Positions 22,262 through 33,848 are shown, counted from the first letter of the stretch. The stretch is DNA of 64,000 nucleotides from Haliea sp. (GCA_016704305.1 JADJAL010000031.1:148-64147), one strand, 5' to 3'. Numbers and translations: made by a program. The notes: generated by a model from the sequence alone, not told the origin.

Positions 22262-22810
22262 TCAATCAAAACGCGGGCAATCGTCCCAGCGGAGCCCCTG
22301 CGAATCTTTGGCAGACAACTGCGGCGTCTCCCCCGGCGGCACCGGCCATTCGATACCCACTGTAGGGTCATCCCAGGCCAGCGACTTTTCACTGGCCGGG
22401 TGGTAAACGTCGGTACACTTGTAGATGAAATCCGCGTAATCAGAGGTGACGTAGAAGCCGTGCGCGAACCCCGGCGGCACCCACAACATGCGCCGGTTGT
22501 CCGCGCTAAGGGTCACGCCATACCACTTCCCGAGCGTCGGGGAGCTCTGGCGCAGGTCCACGGCAACATCGAAAACCTCGCCCGAAGTGACGCGCACCAG
22601 TTTGCCCTGGGTGTGTTCCATCTGGAAATGCAGGCCGCGCAGGATGCCGCGCGCCGAGCGGCTGTGGTTGTCCTGCACAAAATCGAGATCGAATCCCGCT
22701 GTGCGAAAAGTCTCGCGGTTCCAGGTTTCCATAAAGAACCCGCGCTGGTCGCCGAACACCGTGGGTTCCAGCAGGTAGACATCCTTAAGCGGCGTTGCTA
22801 CAAATTTCAT
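22262..22810 (-). CDS. rfbC: dTDP-4-dehydrorhamnose 3,5-epimerase
   Basis: [37 protein letters not shown]. Confidence 0.97.
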   Translation of the reverse strand: MKFVATPLKDVYLLEPTVFGDQRGFFMETWNRETFRTAGFDLDFVQDNHSRSARGILRGLHFQMEHTQGKLVRVTSGEVFDVAVDLRQSSPTLGKWYGVTLSADNRRMLWVPPGFAHGFYVTSDYADFIYKCTDVYHPASEKSLAWDDPTVGIEWPVPPGETPQLSAKDSQGLRWDDCPRFD

Positions 22811-23706
22811 GCGAAGACCACTCCTTCATCTCTCAACAGGTTCTTGAGGTAGAGACCGTAGCCGCTTTTTTCCAGCGGTTTGGCCAGCGCCAGTAACTCC
22901 TCGGCGCTGATGTAGCCCTTGCGGTAGGCCACTTCCTCGGGGCACGCGATTTTCAAGCCCTGGCGCTCCTCCACCACGCGGATGAAATTGGCGGCGTCGA
23001 GCAGGGAGTTGTGGGTGCCGGTGTCCAGCCATGCGGTGCCCCGGCTCAGCACTTCCACCCGCAGGTCGCCGCGCTCCAGGTAGGCTTTATTCACATCGGT
23101 GATCTCCAGCTCGCCGCGATGCGACGGGCGCACCGCCTTGGCGATCTCGACCACATCGTTGTCGTAAAAGTACAGGCCGGTGACGGCGTAGTGGGAGCGC
23201 GGCTGGGCCGGCTTTTCCTCAATATTTTCGGCCACGCCGTTCTTGTCGAAGCTGACTACCCCGTAGCGCTCCGGGTCCTGCACATAGTAGGCGAAGACGG
23301 AAGCCCCGGTGTCGCGGCTGGCGGCGCTGGTCAGCTTCTGCGAAAAGCCGCCGCCGTAAAAGATGTTATCGCCCAGCACCAGGCTGGCCGGTGATCTGCC
23401 GATGAAGTCTTCCCCGAGGATGAAAGCCTGGGCCAGTCCATCGGGGCTCGGTTGCACGGTGTACTGAATGTTGATGCCCCAGCGGGAGCCGTCGCCGAGC
23501 AGGTCGCTGAACGCGCTCTGGTCGCGCGGCGTGGTGATAATCAATATATCGCGGATACCGGCCAGCATCAGGGTGGCCAGTGGGTAGTAAATCATCGGTT
23601 TGTCGTAAATCGGCATCAACTGTTTGCTGACGGTGCTGGTCAGGGGGTGCAGGCGGGTACCTGACCCACCCGCCAGGATGAGCCCTTTATAGGTATTGGT
23701 TGTCAT
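22807..23706 (-). CDS. rfbA: Glucose-1-phosphate thymidylyltransferase
   Basis: [45 protein letters not shown]. Confidence 0.97.
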   Translation of the reverse strand: MTTNTYKGLILAGGSGTRLHPLTSTVSKQLMPIYDKPMIYYPLATLMLAGIRDILIITTPRDQSAFSDLLGDGSRWGINIQYTVQPSPDGLAQAFILGEDFIGRSPASLVLGDNIFYGGGFSQKLTSAASRDTGASVFAYYVQDPERYGVVSFDKNGVAENIEEKPAQPRSHYAVTGLYFYDNDVVEIAKAVRPSHRGELEITDVNKAYLERGDLRVEVLSRGTAWLDTGTHNSLLDAANFIRVVEERQGLKIACPEEVAYRKGYISAEELLALAKPLEKSGYGLYLKNLLRDEGVVFA

Positions 23707-23917
23707 CGGGAAGCGCTCTGGTTGCAAAGCGAAGGATTATAGCGGCATCTGTGCGAGATTGGCGACAGAGCCGAGCCCGGCCGCAGTCAGGGGTGGATTT
23801 TTGACCAGTAGCTGATTAGAATCTAACCCCTTTTGGTGGGGAGTTTTGGGTAGATCGGTGCCATTCAGTGCATATCGGTCTGACTGAAGCAGCGGCATAA
23901 CCCCTTCCATTCATCCC

Positions 23918-23943
23918 GTTTCGGACAACAGTTTCGGACAACA
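23918..23943 (+). repeat. Exact 13-bp tandem direct repeat (gtttcggacaaca x2) upstream of the GT4 operon
   Basis: Copies at 23918-23930 and 23931-23943. Confidence 0.75.
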
Positions 23944-23976
23944 ACAGAGGACGCCGTTATCTGGCATCTGGGTACA

Positions 23977-25275
23977 GTGCAGGACAAACTGCCACCGATG
24001 ACAGGTGTATCGGGTGCTCCTGCGCTCGCCGTTGCCGTGGAGCAGCCACTGCGTATCGCCCTGCTGGGTTATCGCAGCCAGCCGCACGGCGGTGGTCAGG
24101 GCGTCTATATGCGCTACCTCAGCAAGGCGCTGGTGGATGCGGGTCACACTGTCGACGTGATTTCTGGCCCGCCCTACCCCCACCTCGATCCCCGCGTCCG
24201 CCTGATCACCTTGCCCAGCCTGGATCTGTTTGAGAATGGGCTGGGCTCTCTGCGCCCGCACCACCTGAAGTCCCTGAGCAATATCATCGAATGGCTGAGC
24301 CAGCTGACGGGTGGGTTTGCCGAGCCGCTGACATTCGGGCGCCGAGCGGCGAAGTACCTGCGCCAGCACGGCCACAACTATGATCTAATCCACGACAACC
24401 AGAGCCTCAGTTACGGCATGCTGGAAATCCAGGACATGGGCCTGCCGCTGGTGACGACAGTACATCACCCCATCACCAGCGACCTGCGTATTGCCCTGGC
24501 CGCCGCGCGCACCTGGAAGGAGCGCATGTTCATCCGGCGCTGGCACTCCTTTCTGAAGATGCAGAAAAAAGTCATCAAGCAGTTGCGCCATATTGTCACG
24601 GTGTCCGATTGTTCGCGCCAGGACATTGCCCGGGATTTCGGTTTGCAACCGGCCGGCATCAGCCTGGCGCACAACGGCATCGACATCGACGTGTTCAAGC
24701 CCGTGCCGGGTGTCGAGCGCAATCCGCGCCGGTTGATGGCCACCTGTTCGGCGGATGCGCCGCTCAAGGGTTTGCGTTACCTGCTGCACGCCTACGCCCG
24801 CTTGCTGAAGCGCTATCCGGACCTGGAATTGCTACTGGTCAGCAAGCCCAATCCGGGCGGCAAGACCGAACGCCTCGTGCAGCAACTCGGCCTGGCCGAT
24901 AAAGTGCGCTTCGTCAACGGCATCAGCACTGAGCAGATGGTGCAGTACTATGCCGAGGCGGCCATCGCCGTGGTGCCCTCTGTCTATGAGGGCTTCGGGC
25001 TGCCGGCGGGCGAGGCGATGGCCTGCGGGGTACCAGTGGTGTCCACCGATGGCGGCGCCCTGCCGGAGGTAGTCGGCGATGCCGGCGTGATCGTGCCGGC
25101 GAAGAATGTCGATGCGCTGGTCGGCGCTATAGATGCACTGCTGCGGGACCCGCAACGGCGCGCCGAGCTGGGCGCGCGCGGCAAACAGCGTATCGAGAAG
25201 AATTTCTGCTGGCAGGTCTGTGCGCGGCAGATGACGGCGTATTACCGACAGGTGTTGGCAAATGAAAACGGTTGA
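23977..25275 (+). CDS. GT4 glycosyltransferase, ManT-like (mycobacterial MMP mannosyltransferase type)
   Basis: RIALLGYRSQPHGGGQGVY...SGPPYP.LDPRVRL...PSLDL N-terminus; PSVYEGFGLPAGEAMACG GT4 motif. ManT similarity is recalled, not searched. Confidence 0.85.
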   Translation: MQDKLPPMTGVSGAPALAVAVEQPLRIALLGYRSQPHGGGQGVYMRYLSKALVDAGHTVDVISGPPYPHLDPRVRLITLPSLDLFENGLGSLRPHHLKSLSNIIEWLSQLTGGFAEPLTFGRRAAKYLRQHGHNYDLIHDNQSLSYGMLEIQDMGLPLVTTVHHPITSDLRIALAAARTWKERMFIRRWHSFLKMQKKVIKQLRHIVTVSDCSRQDIARDFGLQPAGISLAHNGIDIDVFKPVPGVERNPRRLMATCSADAPLKGLRYLLHAYARLLKRYPDLELLLVSKPNPGGKTERLVQQLGLADKVRFVNGISTEQMVQYYAEAAIAVVPSVYEGFGLPAGEAMACGVPVVSTDGGALPEVVGDAGVIVPAKNVDALVGAIDALLRDPQRRAELGARGKQRIEKNFCWQVCARQMTAYYRQVLANENG

Positions 25276-25978
25276 TTTCCGGCGCCTGCCGCTGGCTGCG
25301 GGCGACATCGTGCTGGATCTGGGGTGTGGCGAAGGCCGCCACGTCATCAGCGCCTATGTCGAGGCGGATATCCATTCCGTCGGCGTGGACCTGTCGCTCA
25401 AGGACCTGAAAATCACCCGTGAACGCTTTGAACACTTTGCCGAACCCGACAACGACGCCAAATCCTTCGGCCTGTCCTCTGCCAGTGCGCTGAACCTGCC
25501 GTTTGCCGACAACACCTTCGACAAGGTCATTTGCAGCGAGGTGCTGGAGCATATCCCCGACTATCGCGGCGCGCTGCGCGAGATAGAGCGCGTGCTGAAG
25601 CCCGGCGGCCTGTTCTGCGCCAGCGTGCCAAGGCGCTGGCCGGAAAAAATCTGCTGGGCCCTGAGCGAGGGCTATTACCAGGTCCCGGGTGGCCATCTGC
25701 GTATTTTTCGCAGCGACGAGTTGCGCAGTGAAATTGAGTTTCTGGGCTTTACACATTACTACCGTCATTGGGCACACGCCTTGCATGTCCCTTTCTGGTG
25801 GCTGAAGTGCCTGTTCTGGCAGAGCCAGGACACCAACTGGCTGATCAAGCAGTACCACCGCCTGTTGGTGTGGGACCTGATGAAGAATCCGGCGCTGACC
25901 CGGATCCTGGAGAAGAGCATGAACCCGATCATGGGCAAGAGCGTAGTGATGTACTTTCGCAAGCAGGCGGCATCATGA
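25262..25978 (+). CDS. Class I SAM methyltransferase, MeT3-like
   Basis: MKTVDF...VLDLGCGEGRH, ICSEVLEHIPD, GGHLRIF, GKSVVMY. Overlaps the GT4 stop. Confidence 0.85.
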   Translation: MKTVDFRRLPLAAGDIVLDLGCGEGRHVISAYVEADIHSVGVDLSLKDLKITRERFEHFAEPDNDAKSFGLSSASALNLPFADNTFDKVICSEVLEHIPDYRGALREIERVLKPGGLFCASVPRRWPEKICWALSEGYYQVPGGHLRIFRSDELRSEIEFLGFTHYYRHWAHALHVPFWWLKCLFWQSQDTNWLIKQYHRLLVWDLMKNPALTRILEKSMNPIMGKSVVMYFRKQAAS

Positions 25979-27051
25979 GTGGGCTATACCTCAGTCGCGG
26001 ACTGTTTCCGGAAGAGTTCCTGCGCCCCACGGTGGATTTTATTCTCTCGTGTCAACGCCCCAGCGGCGAGATTCCCTGGTTTGAAGGCGGCTACACCGAT
26101 CCCTGGGACCATGTCGAATCCGCCATGGGCCTGTCGATAGGCGGTGAGCTGCGCGCTGCGCGCCGGGCATATGAGTGGTTGGCCGCCCTGCAACTTCCGG
26201 ACGGCAGCTGGTGGGCTTCTTACCGCGGGGAGGAGATCGACAACGCCAATCGGCGTGAGTCCAATTTTGTTGCCTATATTGCGACCGGCGTATGGCACCA
26301 CTACCTGATCAGTGAGGACATGGAATTCCTGCGTGTCATGTGGCCAGTCGTCGACAGGGCGATAGGTTTCGTCCTGTCGCTGCAGTCGGAGCACGGCGAA
26401 ATCGACTGGGCTGTCGACGGGTCAGGGCAGGCCAAAGGCGATGCCCTCGTCACCGGGTGCAGTTCCATCTACAAGAGCCTGGAGTGCGCGCACAACATCG
26501 CCGTCACGCTGGGCGAGGATCGCGCGCGCTGGTTGACGGCGCGCACGCGTCTGGGCAAGGCGCTGCGGCACAAGCCGGAGCGGTTTGATCGCACCTGGGA
26601 GAGCAAATCCCGCTATTCCATGGACTGGTTTTATCCGGTACTGGCAGGGGTATACACCGGCGTCGACGCACGTGCGCGATTGGCGTCGCGCTGGGATGAA
26701 TTCGTGGAGGACAACCTCGGCTGTCGCTGCGAAAAGCAGCAACCGTGGGTGACGATTGCCGAAAGCTGCGAGCTGGTGATGGCGCTGTTGGCGGCCGGCG
26801 ATCACGCGCGTGCGGTAGAGGTCTACAGTTGGTTGCAGCAGTGGCGCACCAGCGACGGCTCTTACTGGACGGGTTACCAACTGGTGGAAGACCTGTTGTG
26901 GCCGGATGAAAGGCCTACCTGGACGGCTGGCGCCATTTTGCTGGCGGCTGACGCCCTCACCAAACACACCGCTGCGTCCGGCCTGTTCTGCAGCGTCACT
27001 CTGCTGGATGAGCACGAGGATGGGCGCGCGCGCCGCATTCTGGTTGACTGA
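25975..27051 (+). CDS. Alpha/alpha-barrel protein (usually labelled prenyltransferase/squalene oxidase repeat), MmpH-hydrolase-like
   Basis: Q.PSGEIPW, DPWDHVESAMGL, ESNFVAYIATGVWHH, RYSMDWFYP, PWVT.AE.CE, YWTG...WP.E..TWT. ATGA coupling to the upstream gene. Confidence 0.7.
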   Translation: MSGLYLSRGLFPEEFLRPTVDFILSCQRPSGEIPWFEGGYTDPWDHVESAMGLSIGGELRAARRAYEWLAALQLPDGSWWASYRGEEIDNANRRESNFVAYIATGVWHHYLISEDMEFLRVMWPVVDRAIGFVLSLQSEHGEIDWAVDGSGQAKGDALVTGCSSIYKSLECAHNIAVTLGEDRARWLTARTRLGKALRHKPERFDRTWESKSRYSMDWFYPVLAGVYTGVDARARLASRWDEFVEDNLGCRCEKQQPWVTIAESCELVMALLAAGDHARAVEVYSWLQQWRTSDGSYWTGYQLVEDLLWPDERPTWTAGAILLAADALTKHTAASGLFCSVTLLDEHEDGRARRILVD

Positions 27052-27149
27052 AGTAGTCCGGCGACGCCGCGCGGTACAACCCCGGTTATAAGTCCGGCTG
27101 CGATCCTGTATACAACCCTGTCTACATCAACAGACGCCGCAAAAACTGC

Positions 27150-28148
27150 ATGCAACCCATCGATACAGTTGTCCCACCTCGTTCACAGTGCGCCATCTTG
27201 TGCACGATCAAGAACGAGGCCACCTACATTTTCGAGCATTACGCCTGGCACAAGCGTATCGGATTCTCCCGGTTCATCTACGTGCATAACGATTGCACCG
27301 ATCAAACCGTGCCAGCCCTTGCCACGCTCGCGGCTCACGACCCACAGGTCACGGCAATTGAGAACTTTGTGCAACCCGGGGATCGTCCACAGGTGTCTGC
27401 TTATGCGCAAGCCCGCGCCCGGATCCTGCCCCAATTGCAGGATTGGTACATCATGGTCGTCGACATCGATGAATTCCTGCTCCTGAAGCAGCACGACAGT
27501 ATCCAGGGCCTGCTCGAGGCGTTCGCTAACCCCCAGGCGATTTCGTTCAACTGGCGCATCTTCGGCTCCAGTGGACAGAACGAGTATGCGGATGACCTGG
27601 TCGTCAGCCGTTTTACCGCCTGCGCCCCGGAACACCACCCGATTAACCGGACGTTTAAATCCATTTGGCGCAACACCCCCCAGGTGCTCAATAACGGCCC
27701 GCATCGGCCCCACTTCCAAACGCCGGACGCAATCCGCTGGGTGTATCCGACAGCCCCGCCGCTGGGCCAGGATATACCGCTGGAGCTTCGCAAGGGGTCC
27801 AGTCCCAGGAAGGCCGACCACGGCCCGTACCTCGACGTAGCCCAGATCAATCACTACGTTGTGAAAAGTCGATCCGAATTCGAGGAGAAGAAAGTCCGCG
27901 GCCGAGGCTGGAAAGCGGGGGGCGAGAGCCAGGGCGCTCGCCACACCAACGCCTTCTTCATCGAATATGATCGCAACGAGGTTGTCGACAATCTTGCGGC
28001 CTCAGTATCGTCCGAGGTCAGGCGGGAGACATTCCTGCTGCGCAGGAAATTCCTTGAGATGCATGGCTGCGATCTGGAATTCATCAGGATGAGCAATTCG
28101 ACGCGACAAGCAGTTACACAGGGTGCCGACCGATCAACCGTGCCGTAG
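27150..28148 (+). CDS. GT2-like glycosyltransferase (Glyco_tranf_2_4 type)
   Basis: IKNEATYIFEHYAWHKRIGF, VVDIDEFL (DxD), NWRIFGSSG, FKSI, AQINHYVVKS.EF. Confidence 0.8.
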   Translation: MQPIDTVVPPRSQCAILCTIKNEATYIFEHYAWHKRIGFSRFIYVHNDCTDQTVPALATLAAHDPQVTAIENFVQPGDRPQVSAYAQARARILPQLQDWYIMVVDIDEFLLLKQHDSIQGLLEAFANPQAISFNWRIFGSSGQNEYADDLVVSRFTACAPEHHPINRTFKSIWRNTPQVLNNGPHRPHFQTPDAIRWVYPTAPPLGQDIPLELRKGSSPRKADHGPYLDVAQINHYVVKSRSEFEEKKVRGRGWKAGGESQGARHTNAFFIEYDRNEVVDNLAASVSSEVRRETFLLRRKFLEMHGCDLEFIRMSNSTRQAVTQGADRSTVP

Positions 28149-28157
28149 CCATACTAT

Positions 28158-28244
28158 GGCTGCAACACCGGGCTACGAATCCCGGCTACGAAATCCTGCT
28201 ACAACATCCTGCTACAACATCCTGCTACAACATCCTGCTGCAAC
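28158..28244 (+). repeat. 13-bp tandem repeat tract (atcctgctacaac x3, one variant copy, degenerate copies)
   Basis: Copies start at 28193, 28206, 28219 and 28232 (variant). They are preceded by ccgggctacgaat and cccggctacgaa. Confidence 0.85.
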
Positions 28245-28861
28245 TACAGCCGGCGCAAAAACCCCAGGCTGTTGACCTGACCGAGATTCTCAAACAAGCC
28301 CGACGCTTGCGCCAGGCGATAAATCGCGTAGGGCGCCTGCCCGCCTTTGTGGGCATCGTCGAACAGATCGTGTATCGCCAGCACGCCGCCACGCATCAGG
28401 TGTGCACTCCAGCAGCGGTAGTCGGTGAGTGCGGCAGCGAGACTGTGCCCGCCATCGATAAACACCATCGCCAGTGGCGTCTGCCAATGCCGGGCGGCCG
28501 CCTCCGACCCCGCGACGACGGGCACGACAACCTCGTCGAGCCCCGCGCGGCGAATGTTGCGGCGAAATTCCCGGAAGCTATCCATGATGCCCTCGCCGGC
28601 ATCGTACAGCGCGGGGTCGTGGAAGAATTCCCCCAACTGGTGTTCCTCGGAGCCGCGGTGGTGATCCAGCGCAAACACCGTGCTGTTGTTGGCGCGGCAC
28701 GCCAGCCCCAGATAAATGGTTGATTTGCCGCAATAGCTGCCGATTTCCAGTACTGGGCCGAGCGCGCTGGCTTGCAGCGCGTGTTGATAGAGCGCCTGCG
28801 CTTCGTCTTCCGCCAGAAAACCTTTAATGGTATCGATATCGGCGGGCAGGTCGGGAATCAT
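28244..28861 (-). CDS. Class I SAM methyltransferase (Methyltransf_24), MeT1-like
   Basis: GF..EDE...LY, EIGSYCGKST, DHHRGSEEHQ, FIDGGH, HDLF....GGQAPY.IY. These motifs match my recollection of mycobacterial MeT1. Confidence 0.85.
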   Translation of the reverse strand: MIPDLPADIDTIKGFLAEDEAQALYQHALQASALGPVLEIGSYCGKSTIYLGLACRANNSTVFALDHHRGSEEHQLGEFFHDPALYDAGEGIMDSFREFRRNIRRAGLDEVVVPVVAGSEAAARHWQTPLAMVFIDGGHSLAAALTDYRCWSAHLMRGGVLAIHDLFDDAHKGGQAPYAIYRLAQASGLFENLGQVNSLGFLRRL

Positions 28862-28933
28862 TGCGTCATGGTCTCAGCGCAGGCGATGGCTGACAACCCG
28901 AGAGTCGGTCACCGCGCCCGCGCCCGGGTTCTG

Positions 28934-30356
28934 CTATTTAGGTGCTGTAACGGAAGTGGCCGTTGGCGCCGTCGGAGGCACGAGGAAAGAATCCAGCCTG
29001 AGCACGTCCTCCGGACTGAGCAATCCGGCCCGTTCCTTCAGGCGCATCAGGTTGAGCACATAATCGTAGCGGCTGTTGGCGTAATCGCGTTCCGCCTGGA
29101 ACAGGATATTCTGCGCGTTGAGCACATCGACCACGTTGCGGGTGCCCACTTCATAGCCGGCCTGGGTCGCGTCCAGCGAGCTTCTGGAGGAAATGATGCT
29201 CTGCCTGCGCGCGGCGATTCGCGACACATCGCTCAGCACGGTCATATGCAGCGAGCGGGTGCTGGTTACCGTGTTGCGCGTCAGGTTGATCAGTTCCTCG
29301 CGCGAGGCGTTGTATTCCTGGGCCGATTTACGCCGGTTGGCGCTGATCGCGCCGCCGCTGAACAGCGGCACGCTGACCTGGACCTGCCACATGTTTTCTT
29401 CGGAATTGCTGTCAGGTGGGTTGACGAAAGGCGAATCAGGCACTGATTCGACGCTACCGCTGACATCGAAGTTTGAGTACTCATAGCCGCCGGTGACTTT
29501 GGGGCATGTTCCATGCGGAAAGACTTGGCGTTCTGGCGTGACGCCTCCTCACGATACCGCGCCGCTTGCAGCTCGAAGTTGTTTGCCAGCGAGAAATCAA
29601 CCCAGGCGGCGCGATCAATCGGGTCCGGCGGCAGGATTTTAAAATCATCGACGAGTACGTTGAGGTTTGACTGTGGCTGGCCTGTCAGTACGGAGAGGCG
29701 CTCGAGAGCGACGGATACATTGTTTTCATCGACGATGCGGTTGACCTGTGACAGATCCCTCGCAGCCTGGGCCTCGTAGACATCGGTAATGGCGATCAGG
29801 CCGACTTCAAAACGCTGCTGGGTCTGCTCCAGTTGGCGTTCGAAAGCGCGCTCCTGCGCCTGGGACGCAGCCAGGTTGTCCTGGGCGCGCAGTACCAGCA
29901 GGTAGGCTTCCACCACCCGCACGATCAGATTTTGCTGGTTGGAGGCAAAGGTCGCCTCTGCTTCCTTGGTGACTTCCTTGCCGGATTGAAAGCTGAACCA
30001 TGCTGACAGGTCAAACAGGGACTGACTGAGCGACATCACATAGCCATCGGTATCGGTATTGAGGTTCGTGGCTGCCTGGCTCAGACGAGGTTGCCATTGA
30101 TATCTTCAACGATGCTTATCGCATCAGTATCGCCATCCGAGTGTTGGTAGGAGTAAGCAGTTGCTACCTGCGGCAGCAGCGCTGACCGCGCAAGATTCTC
30201 GGTTTCGCGCCTGGCCAGATAAACAGCTTCTTCCGCTTTTATCTGCGCGTCGTTCTCCAGCGCCAATTCATAAATGTCGCGCAGCGAGTCAGCCTGCAAA
30301 CTGACACATAAGAGGGAGAGTGTCAGCGACGAAAGCGCGACAAGCAGATTTTTCAT
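28934..30356 (-). CDS. tolC: TolC-family outer membrane protein; frameshifts near 30084 and 29502
   Basis: DSLRDIYELALEND, LSQSLFD, FEVGLIAITDV, YEVGTRNVVDVLNAQ across three frames. Position next to yqiB-cpdA-parE fits. Confidence 0.88.
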
Positions 30357-30571
30357 GCAATAATCCCCAGGGGAGTCGTGGCGGTCCAGTTGGGCAGCAG
30401 TTTAACAGCGTCTCGTCTGTGATGCATACATCGAAACGGCAATGAAAAGGTGCAGTCGCCGGTGGATTGTGACATCTTAGGCAACAGGTTTGCGGTGGTC
30501 CACTGGCGCTATCTGCCGGTTCTCACGCAATTTTTTATCGCCATGAAAAGGCTCAAATCCCGGAACCGGTT

Positions 30572-31033
30572 TTGTACAAGCTGACCAGAAAGCCATTCAA
30601 ACTTGACCTTACAGCGCTGCATGCGATCTGTGATGCAAACTACGCCCGTCTCTTGCGGCTATTCCCGGCATACGAAAACTGTAACTCGCGGGAATTGCTG
30701 GTCGGCTCCGCGAGAGTGCAACTGGAAGTAGTGGAGCGCTGCCGCTATACCACGATATTTCACCTGCGGCAGCAGCGCGCTGAATCGCGCTGGCTCGGTC
30801 AGTTGCGCGTGGAGGTGCGCGCCTATCACGACGTGCGCATGCTGGAAGTCATGGCCTTTCAGTCCGCCCGACAGGTGGCGCCGCGCTACCAGTATCCCAA
30901 TTCCGCCATGTTTGCCCAGGATGAAAAGTACCAGCAGAATCTGTTTCTCGCGGATTGGCTGGAACACTGCCTGCAAAACGGGCGCGTTGCGCTAGATCCT
31001 GGTGCGTCCCTAACGGACTCCCGATCCGCTTAG
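30572..31033 (+). CDS. DUF1249 (YqiB-like) protein
   Basis: CDANYARLLRL, ERCRYTT, VRAYHD...EV, YQYPN..M...DEK.Q.N.FL..WL. Confidence 0.85.
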   Translation: MYKLTRKPFKLDLTALHAICDANYARLLRLFPAYENCNSRELLVGSARVQLEVVERCRYTTIFHLRQQRAESRWLGQLRVEVRAYHDVRMLEVMAFQSARQVAPRYQYPNSAMFAQDEKYQQNLFLADWLEHCLQNGRVALDPGASLTDSRSA

Positions 31034-31049
31034 TCGCGGCAAGTTGCCA

Positions 31050-31886
31050 ATGCCAGAGTCCCGAAACAGCATTCAATATGTCGACACCGCGGATGACGTT
31101 GTGCGCGTGGTGCAGTTGACCGATACACATTTGTGTAAAACGCGCGGCGGTACGTTGCTGGGAATGGATACCGACCATTCGCTGCAAGCCGTTATCGACC
31201 TGGTAAAAACAGAGCGCGCCAATGCGCACCTGTTACTGGGCACTGGCGATCTGGCAGACGGTGGTGCCAGGCCCGCCTACGACCGGCTGCAGGTTTATTT
31301 TGACCAGCTGACTCCCGACAACTACTGGTTGCCGGGCAATCACGATTCTCGCGAGGCGATGGCGGCGGCGAGTCGTCCCAACCGCCTGTGCCGGGAAATC
31401 CGCATATCCCGCTGGCAGTTGCTGTTACTGGATTCGCAGGTGCCAGGACAAGTCGGCGGTACCCTGGGTGAGAACGAATTGGTCTGGTTGGAGCGGGCAC
31501 TGCAGTCGGCGCAGGAGGACGCACTGCACACTCTGGTATGCCTGCATCACCAGCCGGTAGCCGTTGGTTGCAGCTGGCTGGACGAACAGAAGGTGTCCGA
31601 TGCCGAAGCCTTTTTTGCAGTACTAGATCGCTATCCCGGCGTGCGCGCTGTCCTTTGGGGCCATGTGCATCAGGAGATCGATCGCCAGCGCAACGGCGTG
31701 CGCCTGCTGGCGTCACCGTCGACCTGTGTGCAGTTTGCTCCCGGCAGCGAGAATTTCAAAGTCGATGACCAGCCGCCGGGCTACCGCTGGCTGGAGTTGC
31801 ACGGCGACGGGCGGATTGAAACCGCAGTGTCCCGTGTGCGGGGTGTTCACTTCGAGGTCGAACTCGACTCTGGCGGTTACTTATAA
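31050..31886 (+). CDS. cpdA: 3',5'-cyclic-AMP phosphodiesterase
   Basis: QLTDTHL, TGDLADGG, WLPGNHD, LHHQP, WGHVHQ, PSTCVQF. Confidence 0.93.
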   Translation: MPESRNSIQYVDTADDVVRVVQLTDTHLCKTRGGTLLGMDTDHSLQAVIDLVKTERANAHLLLGTGDLADGGARPAYDRLQVYFDQLTPDNYWLPGNHDSREAMAAASRPNRLCREIRISRWQLLLLDSQVPGQVGGTLGENELVWLERALQSAQEDALHTLVCLHHQPVAVGCSWLDEQKVSDAEAFFAVLDRYPGVRAVLWGHVHQEIDRQRNGVRLLASPSTCVQFAPGSENFKVDDQPPGYRWLELHGDGRIETAVSRVRGVHFEVELDSGGYL

Positions 31887-31959
31887 CTCGCCTTGCGCGG
31901 CGCTCGTTGTACAATGTGCCCCGCCGCAACCCCTGCGCAGGACACGAAAACACAACGCA

Positions 31960-33848
<1,889 letters not shown>

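Noticed and set aside
23977-27051. Hopanoid/terpene or selenoneine (SenB) biosynthesis interpretation of the GT4 cluster
   Set aside because: There are no terpene-cyclase motifs, no EgtB/SenA homolog, and selD is 20 kb away with mnmH. The MMP-type motifs fit better.
28158-28244. Possible CRISPR array
   Set aside because: The 13-bp units are contiguous with no unique spacers, and there are no cas genes.
30080-30086. In-frame TGA in tolC (and at 51972 in the channel gene) as selenocysteine, given selD nearby
   Set aside because: Downstream homology continues in a different frame, so these are indels rather than readthrough. selD with mnmH is explained by tRNA selenation.
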